Origin: Candidatus Nanoarchaeia archaeon
GTDB lineage: Archaea > Nanobdellota > Nanobdellia > Woesearchaeales > UBA525
Reading direction: 5' to 3'
NCBI GenBank assembly: GCA_028279755.1
Contig: JANQNB010000023.1
Coordinates: forward strand, 13,390 to 77,389
DNA: 64,000 nucleotides
Both the position numbers and the translations under genes were made by a program. The notes beneath the pieces were generated by a model. That model worked only from the letters and a program-made list of their open reading frames with translations. It was not told the origin of the DNA and did no database searches. This document shows positions 55,078 to 64,000 of this stretch, in pieces; the first letter of the stretch is position 1, and the number at the start of each line of letters is the position of its first letter.

Positions 55078-57672
55078 TTATCCTTCCCTCCGTTGTGTGA
55101 TGCGGCGCACCGCGATCTCGATGAGGAAGATGAGCATCGCCGCTGCAAGGAATGGCAGGATCAGCACCTCTTTCTGCAAGGTGACACGCCTGCTGACTTC
55201 CTTCGCGTGCTCCACTATTGCCTCGTCGTCTGATGGTTTAAATACTTTTCCGCCGGTCGCGGCGACGACAGCGCCCAGCCCGGGATTCAGTCCGACGCTG
55301 TCCAGCTCTGTCGGCCGGTTCGTCGCATAGGTGTGGCCGAGCAGCGTACCAAAGCCCGGCTCGTCAGGTTCAAAGCTCGCACGGTAACGGTTGCCTTCCT
55401 TGCTGAATGTGAGCCCTTCGGCAGTCACGGTCGAGTCGGATTGCACAGTGACGGTGCCTTGCCGGTTGGTGCGCACGTCCTGGATGTCGACAAAGTAGGC
55501 CTCTTTCCGTTGCGGGTCGCCGATCGCCCAGTTGATCGTGCGGCTCACGAGGAGCGAGTTCTCATCATTGAGCAGTTGTCCAAGGTTGTTGCCGGCATAC
55601 ACAGTCCAGGTCGCGACGCGGCCGTTGCCATAGCGCCAGGTGGTCAAGGCCGGCTGTCCTGAATCCGCTGCAAGCAGGAATTCTGCCGTGTCTTTCGGCG
55701 CCACTTCGCTGTACGCGTTCAGGATTGCGCTGGGCTCGATGTCGCGGGTGATGAAATGCGTCAAGCTCATCGGCACGAGGGTGAACTCCTGGCCGTATTC
55801 CTTGGCTTTCGGATCGCCCCACTTGATCAGCAGCGTGTGCAGTTTTGTCGCGCGGTCGTACGTGCCGTCGCCGGCAGCAGCGAATTCCTTCATGAAGACC
55901 TCGTCCACTTTTTTCGGGAAGAGCGCGTCTTCGGTGACCCCGACGCCGATGCTCATGAAGTTCACGCCGTATTGCTTGCGCGCGTTGCTCGCGATCGTCA
56001 GGAGCTGCTGCTTAAGCGGGCTCATCGCGCCCAGGCCTGCGCTGTAGCGTCCTGTCGTGAGCAGGATGATGTGTTTGTCACCGCCCACGCCGGCGAGCAT
56101 CTCGACCGCACCTCTGAGCGCAAGGTCTGGCGAGGTCGGGCCGCCTGGCGTGATCCGAGGGATCTTCTCGACGATCTCCTTGCGGTTGTTGTACAGGTTG
56201 TCCAATGGCTCGATGATCTTGACCGAGTCTGCGATGAGCTCGTCGGTGGAGGCGTAATCGCTCCCGCCAGGGATGAGGCCGAAGGCAATCACGCCGACTT
56301 TGTTCTCGAGCTTCAATTGCTCGATCGCTTCCACTGCCTGCGCTTTGATCACGTCGCTCGCGGTCGTGCCTTCTTCGTAATAATAGGCGTTGATCCAGGT
56401 CTCGCCGAACTCTTCTGTGGAGTAGAACACGTCCTTGCCGGCAGTGATGTGCTGCTCGTACTGCGCCTTGCTGCTGAAGCCTTTGCGCCCGCCGGTCGTG
56501 CCGCTCATGTCGAGCACGAAGACAAGGTTGGCGCCGCCTTTCTTGCGTTCGCCCTTGCCCACCTTGACCGGGAGCAGGGACTCAAGCGCAGAGCCGGAAT
56601 AGCCGCCGCGGTCGAAGCTGTCCATACCGCCGAAGAAGACCAGGCCGTTCCCGTAATACTCGCCGTCCTCGTCGATGAGATAATCGTGCAGCTCCTGGGT
56701 ACGCGCCATGGACTCGACCGGCACGTCGTTCGCGATGACCGCATAATAGGGATCCAGGTCGGCAGGCAGGCTGCCTCGCTTCTCCACAGTGTAGAGCTCG
56801 CGGAGCAGGAGCTCGACCGGGCTGTTCTTCTTGCTGACAAAGAGCACCTTCGGCTTCTCCAGGACATGCACTGCTTTGTAGTAGACGTTGTTCTCAGCCT
56901 TCGCGTCGCTCGTGGTGATGATTGCTTCGATCTTATGGACGCCTTCGTTGAACTGCTGCGTGAACGTGATTGTGCCTGGCCCGACCGGCTTGTCCAGCAC
57001 CTTGGCGTTGTCGACATGGACTTCGAGGTTCACGGTATCGTCCGGATCAGTGGTTGAGACCTTGACGACATAGGTGGCATCGCTGTCTGCCACGACCTTG
57101 CCCGGCCCGCTGACGACCACGGCTGCGTCCCTGTTCAGTTCGCTGAGGTTGATTGCGCTGACTGAGACGTTGATCGTCGCGGCGTAGAACGCGACGTCGT
57201 CGAGGATCGGTCCCTCGTTCACATTGCCGTCGCTGATCAGGAGGAGGTTGCCGCCCGGCTCCAGGTTACGCAGCACTGCCGAGCCGACGTCACTGGTGAG
57301 ATTGCTGCCGATCACGCGTTTTGTTGTCGGGATCCTGCCGTCCAGGTCGTCGATAAGCTGGTCGACGAATTCCATGTCCATCAGGGCGCTGCTCGCGCTC
57401 TGGTCGACAAGGACTGTCACTCGTGGATTGCCTTTTGTCTCGCGCGCCTCTTCCTGGTATGGCTGCGCGAGCGCGAGCACGACGAGAGTGATGATGAGGA
57501 CCCTGCTCACAAAAATCCATACCCGTTTCCGTCGCTGGCTCCGTCGCTCGTCCTCAGTGAGGGGCAGGCTGACGAAGTTCCTGGTGATGAGGATGAGGAG
57601 CAGGAGCGCCGCTCCTGGGATGAACCAGAGTACCCAGGGATAGAGGAGTTTGAGCGAGGCGAGTTCGATCAT
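55078..57672 (-). CDS. large vWA-domain membrane protein (BatA/BatB-like N-terminus)
   Basis: The N-terminus LKLLYPWVLWFIPGAALLLLIL is Bat-type. VLVDQSASS and LVFVLDMSGT are MIDAS-like segments. There is a C-terminal TM. Confidence 0.65.
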   Translation of the reverse strand: MIELASLKLLYPWVLWFIPGAALLLLILITRNFVSLPLTEDERRSQRRKRVWIFVSRVLIITLVVLALAQPYQEEARETKGNPRVTVLVDQSASSALMDMEFVDQLIDDLDGRIPTTKRVIGSNLTSDVGSAVLRNLEPGGNLLLISDGNVNEGPILDDVAFYAATINVSVSAINLSELNRDAAVVVSGPGKVVADSDATYVVKVSTTDPDDTVNLEVHVDNAKVLDKPVGPGTITFTQQFNEGVHKIEAIITTSDAKAENNVYYKAVHVLEKPKVLFVSKKNSPVELLLRELYTVEKRGSLPADLDPYYAVIANDVPVESMARTQELHDYLIDEDGEYYGNGLVFFGGMDSFDRGGYSGSALESLLPVKVGKGERKKGGANLVFVLDMSGTTGGRKGFSSKAQYEQHITAGKDVFYSTEEFGETWINAYYYEEGTTASDVIKAQAVEAIEQLKLENKVGVIAFGLIPGGSDYASTDELIADSVKIIEPLDNLYNNRKEIVEKIPRITPGGPTSPDLALRGAVEMLAGVGGDKHIILLTTGRYSAGLGAMSPLKQQLLTIASNARKQYGVNFMSIGVGVTEDALFPKKVDEVFMKEFAAAGDGTYDRATKLHTLLIKWGDPKAKEYGQEFTLVPMSLTHFITRDIEPSAILNAYSEVAPKDTAEFLLAADSGQPALTTWRYGNGRVATWTVYAGNNLGQLLNDENSLLVSRTINWAIGDPQRKEAYFVDIQDVRTNRQGTVTVQSDSTVTAEGLTFSKEGNRYRASFEPDEPGFGTLLGHTYATNRPTELDSVGLNPGLGAVVAATGGKVFKPSDDEAIVEHAKEVSRRVTLQKEVLILPFLAAAMLIFLIEIAVRRITQRREG

Positions 57673-59492
57673 CAGAAGTCACCTCTGTACTTGACGTAGA
57701 GTATCTCGAACAAGAGGAGGATGAACGCTGCCCACAGGGCGTGCCTGCTCAGGTCTTTCGGCACTTTCTCTGTGCCTTCGTCGTCGCCATGGCCGTTCAT
57801 CTTGCTCAGGTTGCCGTCGAAGTTGAGGGCTGACTCCGCATCGCTGAGCAGGTTGGCCGCGATCGTGCGATCCGGCAAGGTGTAGAGTCCTGCGTGCTCG
57901 ACCGGGATGAGGCTGCTCGTTATCGTGCCGCTCGGGGTCTTGACTTTCGTGTCTTTGGGGAAGCTGAACAGCGTGCCAGTCCTGACATTGAGGTTCTCGA
58001 CGCTCGGCCGGTGGGTCAATTGGTCGAAGATGCGGCGCCAGTACACCGGGTAGGTCGGGTCGCGGGTGAAGCTCGCTTTGAGCTCGTCGATGCCGTAGTA
58101 GAGCACTGTGCCCTTGCCGACGCTGTCCATGACGATGACCGGGTCGTCGTCAGCCCATGCCAGGACGCGGACCTCCTCGTCGGCTGCCACGCGGAGATAG
58201 CTGCTCACCTGTCCGAACTCGACGTTCTCGACAAGCGTGCCTTCGCCGCCAGTCAGCCCGGTGCGGGCGCCTTGGCTCTCCTCGACTGGTGCGACCGGGA
58301 GCAGGCCTTGCCAGTCGAGCCCGAACAGCCCTGCCTGGCTGAAGACGATGAGCGCGCCTCCGTTCTCGATCTGCTCCTTGATGGTCTTGACATAGCCGGG
58401 CAGGATGAAATCGTACGTTGCCTCGTAGACCACGTACACGTCGTGGTCCAGCCGCGGGATCTTGGGCGGGACTGCGTAGTCGATCTCGAACGTCGTTGGG
58501 AAGTTCTCCTGGATGACGTTGAGTGCTATGAGGAAATTGCTGCTCCTGACTTTCGCTTCGTTGTTCGTGATGATCAGGAGCTTGATCGTGTTCTTGTCTG
58601 GCGCGCTCGTATAGATCGTGTTGTCTGCCAGGAGGTCGTCGTCTTCCTTGATCGTGATCTCTGCGACGCCTGCTGGCGTGTTGAAGCTGATCTCCTTGCT
58701 CTCGCCTGGCGCGAGCAGCACGCTTTGATCTGCGTCGCTGATTGTCAAGGTTATTTCTTCTGGCCGTGTGTTGAAGTTCTTGACCCATAATGAGCTTGAC
58801 GAGGGCCCGACTGCCAGGTCTATGATGCCGACGTTCTTGGCCGCGCTCGTGATCGGAAGGTATTCCACTTCTGCGCCACTGGCTTCGAGCAGGTCTGCGC
58901 TCGTGTCATAATCGCGGTCCCCAGCTGTGGCGACAAAATCGCTCAGCACGACCACGCGCGTGCCCGCTCCTGCGAAACCCGAGGCGAGTCCCAGGGCGTC
59001 GCTGATACTGGTTGCGGTGTCTGTCGGTTCGAGAGTTCGTAAAGCTTCCTTTGCCCTGCCTGACGAAACCCGCTCGACGACAATAGTCGGCGCTTCTGTG
59101 ATGGTGATGATCGTGTTCTCCTTGCCGAGGTTGTCCTCTGCGAGCGTTACTGCTTGGTCGAAGCGGTCGCCTGCTTGCATCGAGGCGCTCGTGTCGATGA
59201 GGATCACGGTCTGGTCTGCGAGAAAGGTGCGCGGCACGTTGATGTATGGCTTGGCTACTGCTGCGATGAGCACGAGCAGGAGCAGGAGGTGGAGCAGGAA
59301 GAGCAGGTCCTTGAGCCAGTTCCTGAAGAAGTTGTTGATGTTGCTCTTGCCCACGTCTTTCATGATGAAGAGCAGGCTGGGAATGGTCTCGTGCTTGGGT
59401 TTCGGCTTGATCAGATAAAGGAGCAGGAAGGGTATGAGTACGACTGCTGTTGCTAGGCCTGCTGGGTTGAGGAAATAGCTGCTGAGAGCCAC
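57672..59492 (-). CDS. vWA-domain membrane protein (BatA-like)
   Basis: GTG start after GGTGGTGA. FLNPAGLATAVVLIPFLLLYLIKPK is a Bat N-terminal motif, and VILIDTSASMQAGDRF is a vWA MIDAS. Confidence 0.7.
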   Translation of the reverse strand: MALSSYFLNPAGLATAVVLIPFLLLYLIKPKPKHETIPSLLFIMKDVGKSNINNFFRNWLKDLLFLLHLLLLLVLIAAVAKPYINVPRTFLADQTVILIDTSASMQAGDRFDQAVTLAEDNLGKENTIITITEAPTIVVERVSSGRAKEALRTLEPTDTATSISDALGLASGFAGAGTRVVVLSDFVATAGDRDYDTSADLLEASGAEVEYLPITSAAKNVGIIDLAVGPSSSSLWVKNFNTRPEEITLTISDADQSVLLAPGESKEISFNTPAGVAEITIKEDDDLLADNTIYTSAPDKNTIKLLIITNNEAKVRSSNFLIALNVIQENFPTTFEIDYAVPPKIPRLDHDVYVVYEATYDFILPGYVKTIKEQIENGGALIVFSQAGLFGLDWQGLLPVAPVEESQGARTGLTGGEGTLVENVEFGQVSSYLRVAADEEVRVLAWADDDPVIVMDSVGKGTVLYYGIDELKASFTRDPTYPVYWRRIFDQLTHRPSVENLNVRTGTLFSFPKDTKVKTPSGTITSSLIPVEHAGLYTLPDRTIAANLLSDAESALNFDGNLSKMNGHGDDEGTEKVPKDLSRHALWAAFILLLFEILYVKYRGDF

Positions 59493-59595
59493 GAGTCACC
59501 ACCGAGCGCTGCTTTTTATGTGGCCCTCGATCATTTATAAAGCTTTGCTAGGCTTGGAAAGGCCTCAAACGAGGCCAGCGCATTTGGATGTAGGG

Positions 59596-59787
59596 CTAGA
59601 TAGAAAGAATGTCAGGCGCTTCTCTGAGTGTTTCGAGGTATGCGGCGCGCATGTGTCGCGCCTGTTCTTCTCTGCCGAGCGCGAGGTATGCTGGTGTGAA
59701 TGGTTCGCCAGAGGGAAAACGACGGAGTGGGTGTTCGAAACCAGGGAGATGCACAGGTGGATCGTGAGATTCGTATCTCGCTTCCAT
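59596..59787 (-). CDS. candidate small protein (63 aa)
   Basis: The only co-oriented ORF in the 360-nt gap between pgi and the vWA operon. An AT-rich box lies upstream; no motif. Confidence 0.35.
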   Translation of the reverse strand: MEARYESHDPPVHLPGFEHPLRRFPSGEPFTPAYLALGREEQARHMRAAYLETLREAPDILSI

Positions 59788-59854
59788 ATAGCAGCGATGC
59801 GTTCTGGTTTAATAAGAATATTGCCGGAATTCTCGGAAGATTTACGGAACAGGG

Positions 59855-61069
59855 TTAGTTCTTATGGCGTTTCTCCGCCATATCCAACCGTTCCTGCAAC
59901 GCGATCTGCTTGCTCAATTCCACGCCTGGCTGGTTAAAGGGGTCAAGATGACGCAGCCACGCGCTGTAGACCGCCACATACATCCAGAATGCAGTGAGCT
60001 CGCCCAGCGTTCCAGGATTGAGCATGTCCACAGCGATCGTAGCATTCGGGATCTTCATCTCGTCGGCAGCGCCCTTGATACCATGATAGTCTGCGTACAG
60101 AGCGTCACTCAACCGCTCTCCGGAGAGAGCGGCGAGCTCAAGCTCTTTGACGTGCAACCCGGACAGTTGTTGATCTTCAGGCAGAGTGAACTCTGACTCT
60201 GCTTGCTCCACGCGCGTGAACAAGCCGACCATGCGGTGCGGACCGTCGAAGAATTTCTGGTTGCTGTGATGATGGCATTCGCTGCCTTCAGTGAACAGAT
60301 AGGTCTGGCCCTTGCCCTGCTTGCACACGCTCTCGTGCATGAGCTGGGTCCAGAGTTCGATGCTGCCAGCCAAGGGCTTGCTGTAGATCGGCGCGTAGAC
60401 TTCAGTGAAGCCTTGCTGTTCTGCGAGCAGTAACGCAGCTGCCAAGCGCAAGGCAGGATTCTTGTCAATGCCTTTCTTGGGATGGCACTGCCGGAAGACC
60501 GCGTGCATGCCGTCCACGAATGAGCGGACGTCGATGTAGATGAGCGCGCCTGGCACCATCGCGCATTCTGTGCCGACCGAGAAACGGCCGCCGATAGATG
60601 GATGGCGAACCTGCTCGAGCTCCTTCACCTTGGCCAATTGGTGCAGGCCGCCTTCGATGTTCTCGGTGATGATGAGCTTGCGATATTCCTGGAAGCAGAG
60701 GAAGTTCTCGATCACTTCGACGTTCGTCCCGCTCTTGCTGATCACGAGCACGAGGGTGTCATCAGGCAAGCATCGGCTCCTGACATAGTTGATGTACGTC
60801 GGGTCTTCAGTGTCGACGATGTACACGCGTTTCGTGGTCCGGTAGCGTGCCAATGCTGTGTACAAAGCGCGGAAGCCGGAAACACTGCCCCCGCGTCCGA
60901 TGATGACGAAGTTGGAGATGCCAGCGTATTTTCCTGCCAAGCTGTACAAGGTGTCATAGTCTGGCAGATAGCTCGCGAAGCTTGGCGGCTCGCTGAGCTG
61001 GATGTTCTTGAGCTGATCGCTCAGTTGCGAGAAGTCTGACGGCAAGGTATGTAGGTCGATCCTCAGCAC
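59855..61069 (-). CDS. pgi: glucose-6-phosphate isomerase
   Basis: VIIGRGGS, LVISKSGTNVE, IGGRFS and FNQPGVE are colinear with PGI/SIS motifs. Confidence 0.85.
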   Translation of the reverse strand: MLRIDLHTLPSDFSQLSDQLKNIQLSEPPSFASYLPDYDTLYSLAGKYAGISNFVIIGRGGSVSGFRALYTALARYRTTKRVYIVDTEDPTYINYVRSRCLPDDTLVLVISKSGTNVEVIENFLCFQEYRKLIITENIEGGLHQLAKVKELEQVRHPSIGGRFSVGTECAMVPGALIYIDVRSFVDGMHAVFRQCHPKKGIDKNPALRLAAALLLAEQQGFTEVYAPIYSKPLAGSIELWTQLMHESVCKQGKGQTYLFTEGSECHHHSNQKFFDGPHRMVGLFTRVEQAESEFTLPEDQQLSGLHVKELELAALSGERLSDALYADYHGIKGAADEMKIPNATIAVDMLNPGTLGELTAFWMYVAVYSAWLRHLDPFNQPGVELSKQIALQERLDMAEKRHKN

Positions 61070-61196
61070 TGTACCCCCTCAGGCACAAAGAGGACGAAAT
61101 ATAGTATATAAAGAGTTCTTATCATTCGCGAGTGGATACTGTCCAGAGGGAATTTTTTTATAGTGCAGCAGCCATAAGTCCCGCCAGAGGTGAGAC

Positions 61197-61496
61197 ATGT
61201 TCATCAAAACCCTGAATGATGTTCCGGGCGACAAGGCATTCTGGTTCTGCAACAGCACGCGAGCCCTCAACCTCTATCAGCTCGTCGACACCATCGAGCA
61301 TACGAACGACGATGTGTTCCAGTACCATGTCGGAGAGAACCGGAATGATTTTGCGCAGTGGATTCTTGACGTGCTCGAAGACGAGGTGCTGTACAACTCA
61401 ATCAAAGATGAACGCGACAAGCACTGGCTGGTGCAGAAAATCCGCAAGCGCATCAAGGAGCTCGAAGAGCAGATGAACAAAGAAACTGGCGGTTAG
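61197..61496 (+). CDS. hypothetical protein (possibly DUF5752-like)
   Basis: 99 aa with GAGGTGAGAC upstream. AFWFCNSTRALNLYQLVDTIE...FQYHVGENRNDFAQWI. Confidence 0.55.
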   Translation: MFIKTLNDVPGDKAFWFCNSTRALNLYQLVDTIEHTNDDVFQYHVGENRNDFAQWILDVLEDEVLYNSIKDERDKHWLVQKIRKRIKELEEQMNKETGG

Positions 61497-61726
61497 CAGA
61501 ATTCGCTGCAATAGCTGCAGTCATAGGGCGCGATCACAGAACAGGTCTTTCCTTTCCCGTCTTCTTCAAAGAGACAGCACTCCTTCAGTTCACTCGTCTG
61601 AATAACCGCGTCCCCGACGACGACGCCCTGCTCGGTTTCGTGGAAGGTGACATACCCTGTATATCCGAGGCCCACGAGAATGATGACAGCCAGCGCAACA
61701 GCGATAGCGAGGTGGTGTCGTTTCAT
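61493..61726 (-). CDS. small membrane-anchored Cys-rich protein (77 aa)
   Basis: TM helix LAIAVALAVIILVGLGY, with seven Cys in the last 25 residues. Confidence 0.55.
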   Translation of the reverse strand: MKRHHLAIAVALAVIILVGLGYTGYVTFHETEQGVVVGDAVIQTSELKECCLFEEDGKGKTCSVIAPYDCSYCSEFC

Positions 61727-61759
61727 TGTTCCTGCCCTGATTCTGTAGCTTTTATAGTT

Positions 61760-62386
61760 TTAGTAAATGATGCCGACGACAAGCGTCTCGATCTGCTCGA
61801 AACTGACCTGCTCAGCATCAGGTTCCGGATTGTTATCCCCTTTGAGCGTATAGCGCACCCCTTGATTGTCCTGGGTGATCCCAACCACGCGATGCATCAC
61901 GAGCCGATCGTCGCAATTCTGGCAACGGTATCCGACGATGTCGCCGATGTGGATGTCGCGCATGCTCATCGGTCTGATCACGAGGATGGTCGCGTCAGTA
62001 TCTGCTATCGGATCCATGCTGTTGGTGTCTGCAAGGATGACCGGCATCGCGCCGCTGATATTCAGCACCACTCGGTCCTCATAGACACGTATGTTCTCTA
62101 TAGGCAGCCGATCTGCAGGACTGGGCACGTCCCAGCGCCGCGCTTCCCACACCTCAATCCGGTTGAGGCAGGTCTCAAGGCTGTCGTTGTGCTGCTGCTG
62201 ACAGGCTTGCTGCTCAAGGAGCAGCTCCTGCAGGCGGATATTCTGATCGCGTAACGCATTGTTCTGCGTCGTGAGATCCTCGATGAAGGATTGGCGTTTG
62301 ACATCCTCAATGTCATCACCATCGTCAAGCGGAGCAGTGCACGCGATGAGAAGGATGGTCAGCACAGACACCAGGACAGCTCTCAT
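61760..62386 (-). CDS. signal peptidase I, archaeal/ER (Sec11) type, with N-terminal coiled extension
   Basis: ADTNSMDP (catalytic Ser), GDIVGY, VMHRVVG (His) and LKGDNNPEPD motifs. Confidence 0.65.
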   Translation of the reverse strand: MRAVLVSVLTILLIACTAPLDDGDDIEDVKRQSFIEDLTTQNNALRDQNIRLQELLLEQQACQQQHNDSLETCLNRIEVWEARRWDVPSPADRLPIENIRVYEDRVVLNISGAMPVILADTNSMDPIADTDATILVIRPMSMRDIHIGDIVGYRCQNCDDRLVMHRVVGITQDNQGVRYTLKGDNNPEPDAEQVSFEQIETLVVGIIY

Positions 62387-62412
62387 AAGTGTCCTTATCG
62401 CCCCTGGCCTAT

Positions 62413-63159
62413 TTATACTTTTTCCAACGCTTCCTCAATGGTTTCCGCAAAGGTCTCGTAGCTTTGGCTGCCGATGATCTTGACCCCGTTGATGAAGAAT
62501 GTGGGCGTGCTCGTCACCTCGCCGCGGAGCAGGCCGTGCTGTTCGTCGCGCTCCGCTTCCTGGTGCTGGCGCCTGCTCGCGCGGCACTCGTTCAGCACAG
62601 TCATGTTCACCCCGTTCGCCAGCGCAGTCTCGTTCACAAGCTGTTCGCTGATCCTCGCCTGCTGCTCGTAGAACGCGTGGTGGAACTCCCAAAAGCGGTC
62701 TTGCTCCCCAGCGCAGTTGACAGTTGCGGCGACGTCAAGCGTCTGCGAATGAAGCTCTTGTATCGGATAATCCCGGAAGACAAAGTTGGCTTTGCCGGTA
62801 TCGATATAGCTGGCCTTGAGCTGGTCGAAGGTATTCACATGGAAGTGCGCGCATGCCTGGCAGAGGTAATCGCTGAACTCGATGATCGTCACCGGGGCAT
62901 TGGGATCGCCAAGCATCGCATCGTCATCGACGCCGACGTCGTAACGGAAGTCTGCTGGCGCTTCCGGCTCGTCGCTCGTGAACCAGCCATTGTAGAACGC
63001 GAGGATGCCGAGCACGATCACGACAAAGATGGTGATCGCGATGACATTCTCTTTCCATTCGGACTCTGGCGCTTTCGCGTCCTTAAGCTCGTCTGCTGCG
63101 ATCTTCTTCGGCTCGATCTTGGCGAGCTTCTTCGCTGGCATGTCCAATGAGAAAAGCAA
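62413..63159 (-). CDS. membrane-anchored DsbA-like thiol:disulfide oxidoreductase
   Basis: TM anchor, then VTIIEFSDYLCQACAHFH (CxxC) and a thioredoxin-fold C-terminus (TPTFFINGVKI). Confidence 0.75.
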   Translation of the reverse strand: MLFSLDMPAKKLAKIEPKKIAADELKDAKAPESEWKENVIAITIFVVIVLGILAFYNGWFTSDEPEAPADFRYDVGVDDDAMLGDPNAPVTIIEFSDYLCQACAHFHVNTFDQLKASYIDTGKANFVFRDYPIQELHSQTLDVAATVNCAGEQDRFWEFHHAFYEQQARISEQLVNETALANGVNMTVLNECRASRRQHQEAERDEQHGLLRGEVTSTPTFFINGVKIIGSQSYETFAETIEEALEKV

Positions 63160-63174
63160 GGGGAATAAAAAGCT

Positions 63175-63822
63175 TTACACATAGCCGTTCAGGAGCAGCT
63201 TGCCCAGGGTTGTCAATTCGACGTGGATCCGGCCGCCGACGTCCTTGGTCTCGACCAGGCCGAGCTGCTTCAGGCCTTCGCTCTTGAGGTTGCCGTTGAT
63301 GTGATAGCTCACCAGCGACAGGCTCATCTTCGCCCGCTGGCTCAGGTTCTCGAGCGAGCTGCAGCAATCAGGCTCTCCGAGAAGCATGAGCAGCTTCATC
63401 TTCCTGTCACTGAGCAGCTTGTAATAGCTGAACTTCAGGACTGGCAAGACCATGATCTGGCCCTCGTCAGTCATGCCGAACGCCTTCACGCCGTTGACAA
63501 AAGCCGCGCTGGTCGCGGCGCAGTTCGTGATGCCACGGCCGGAGGCGACGTTGATGATGACTTCTGTCTCTTTCGGCGTGTGCTCGGTGATGTCGTGCAC
63601 GATCCTGAAGAGCTCTTCCCAGATCGGGCCTTTCACCCGCTCGACGCGTGTCGGGATCTTGAAGCGTTCGAGATCCGCCTTGATGCTTTCCGCTTCTCGG
63701 AGATGGTCTGGTTCTGCGATGAGCACGACGCGCTCGGTCGGGAATTCCTTGATGCCGAGGAAGATCGTGTCGGATTCGCCGCCGACCGGTGCGATGATAA
63801 TGTGTTTTCCCATGAGGTTCAC
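63175..63822 (-). CDS. Rossmann-like (CARF/Csa3- or DUF6293-like) plus winged-helix regulator
   Basis: N-terminal KHIIIAPVGGESDTIFLGI...VVLIAEPD...INVASGRGITNCAATSAAF, and a C-terminal wHTH-like LSQRAKMSLSLVSYHINGNLKSEGL. Confidence 0.5.
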   Translation of the reverse strand: MNLMGKHIIIAPVGGESDTIFLGIKEFPTERVVLIAEPDHLREAESIKADLERFKIPTRVERVKGPIWEELFRIVHDITEHTPKETEVIINVASGRGITNCAATSAAFVNGVKAFGMTDEGQIMVLPVLKFSYYKLLSDRKMKLLMLLGEPDCCSSLENLSQRAKMSLSLVSYHINGNLKSEGLKQLGLVETKDVGGRIHVELTTLGKLLLNGYV

Positions 63823-64000
63823 CCCGAAAAATATCTGTTTTGAAAATCAAAGAAGGGTTTCATATATAAAATTATTTGTTTTGTGAATTCAAATTCACAT
63901 TTGAGGAGAAATTACACGGAAATTAAGGAAAGAAAATCGAAAAGGTTTATGATGCACCCATCACCAGGCCGGAACTGAGATCCTTGTACGGCTGTTCCAG

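Noticed and set aside
59518-59937. 139-aa forward ORF in the pgi/vWA intergenic region
   Set aside because: It overlaps the 3' end of pgi on the opposite strand, is Arg/Cys/Trp-rich and has no RBS. The co-oriented 63-aa reverse ORF is kept only as a low-confidence candidate.
63947-64000. Possible C-terminal 17 codons (…LEQPYKDLSSGLVMGAS-stop) of a reverse-strand gene entering from beyond the window
   Set aside because: The stretch is too short to distinguish from chance and contains no motif.

Overview
Gene-dense archaeal chromosomal window with about 75 protein genes, 2 tRNAs, and no rRNA, CRISPR array, transposase or integrase. The archaeal assignment rests on GatD and GatE, Cdc48/VCP, the RFC large subunit, CDP-archaeol synthase, an MCM-type ATPase, TATA-box promoters about 22-30 nt upstream of starts, and an intron-bearing tRNA. 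The gene content suggests a small-genome uncultivated lineage (DPANN-like), but that is inference only. Genes are tightly packed: many neighbours overlap by 1-4 nt (ATGA type), GTG and TTG starts occur, and the GC-rich sequence produces many long antisense shadow ORFs in the six-frame track. Recognisable blocks: (1) a reverse-strand gatE-psd-pssA-carS-PHP operon; (2) cdc48, gatD, rfcL and an MCM AAA-only protein; (3) five paralogues of a protein carrying a C-terminal PEP-utilising swivel-His domain; (4) a six-gene MoxR/DUF58/vWA (Bat-like) operon; (5) a signal peptidase/DsbA/Cys-rich secreted protein cluster; (6) carbohydrate genes (pgi, a GH15-like protein, a six-hairpin glycosidase-like protein). 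Most interesting observations: (a) an initiator tRNA-Met interrupted by three insertions, hidden under a spurious 315-aa ORF; (b) beside it, three tandem small genes (30-42 aa) that all end in ADDxxECWWD, plus a free-standing LAGLIDADG-like ORF; (c) a family of three GC-rich nested-hairpin elements flanking an operon of three paralogous ORFans plus a HAD phosphatase; (d) a translationally coupled HerA-like ATPase / two ORFans / Nudix cassette. All functional calls come from reading motifs by eye. No database search or folding computation was run.
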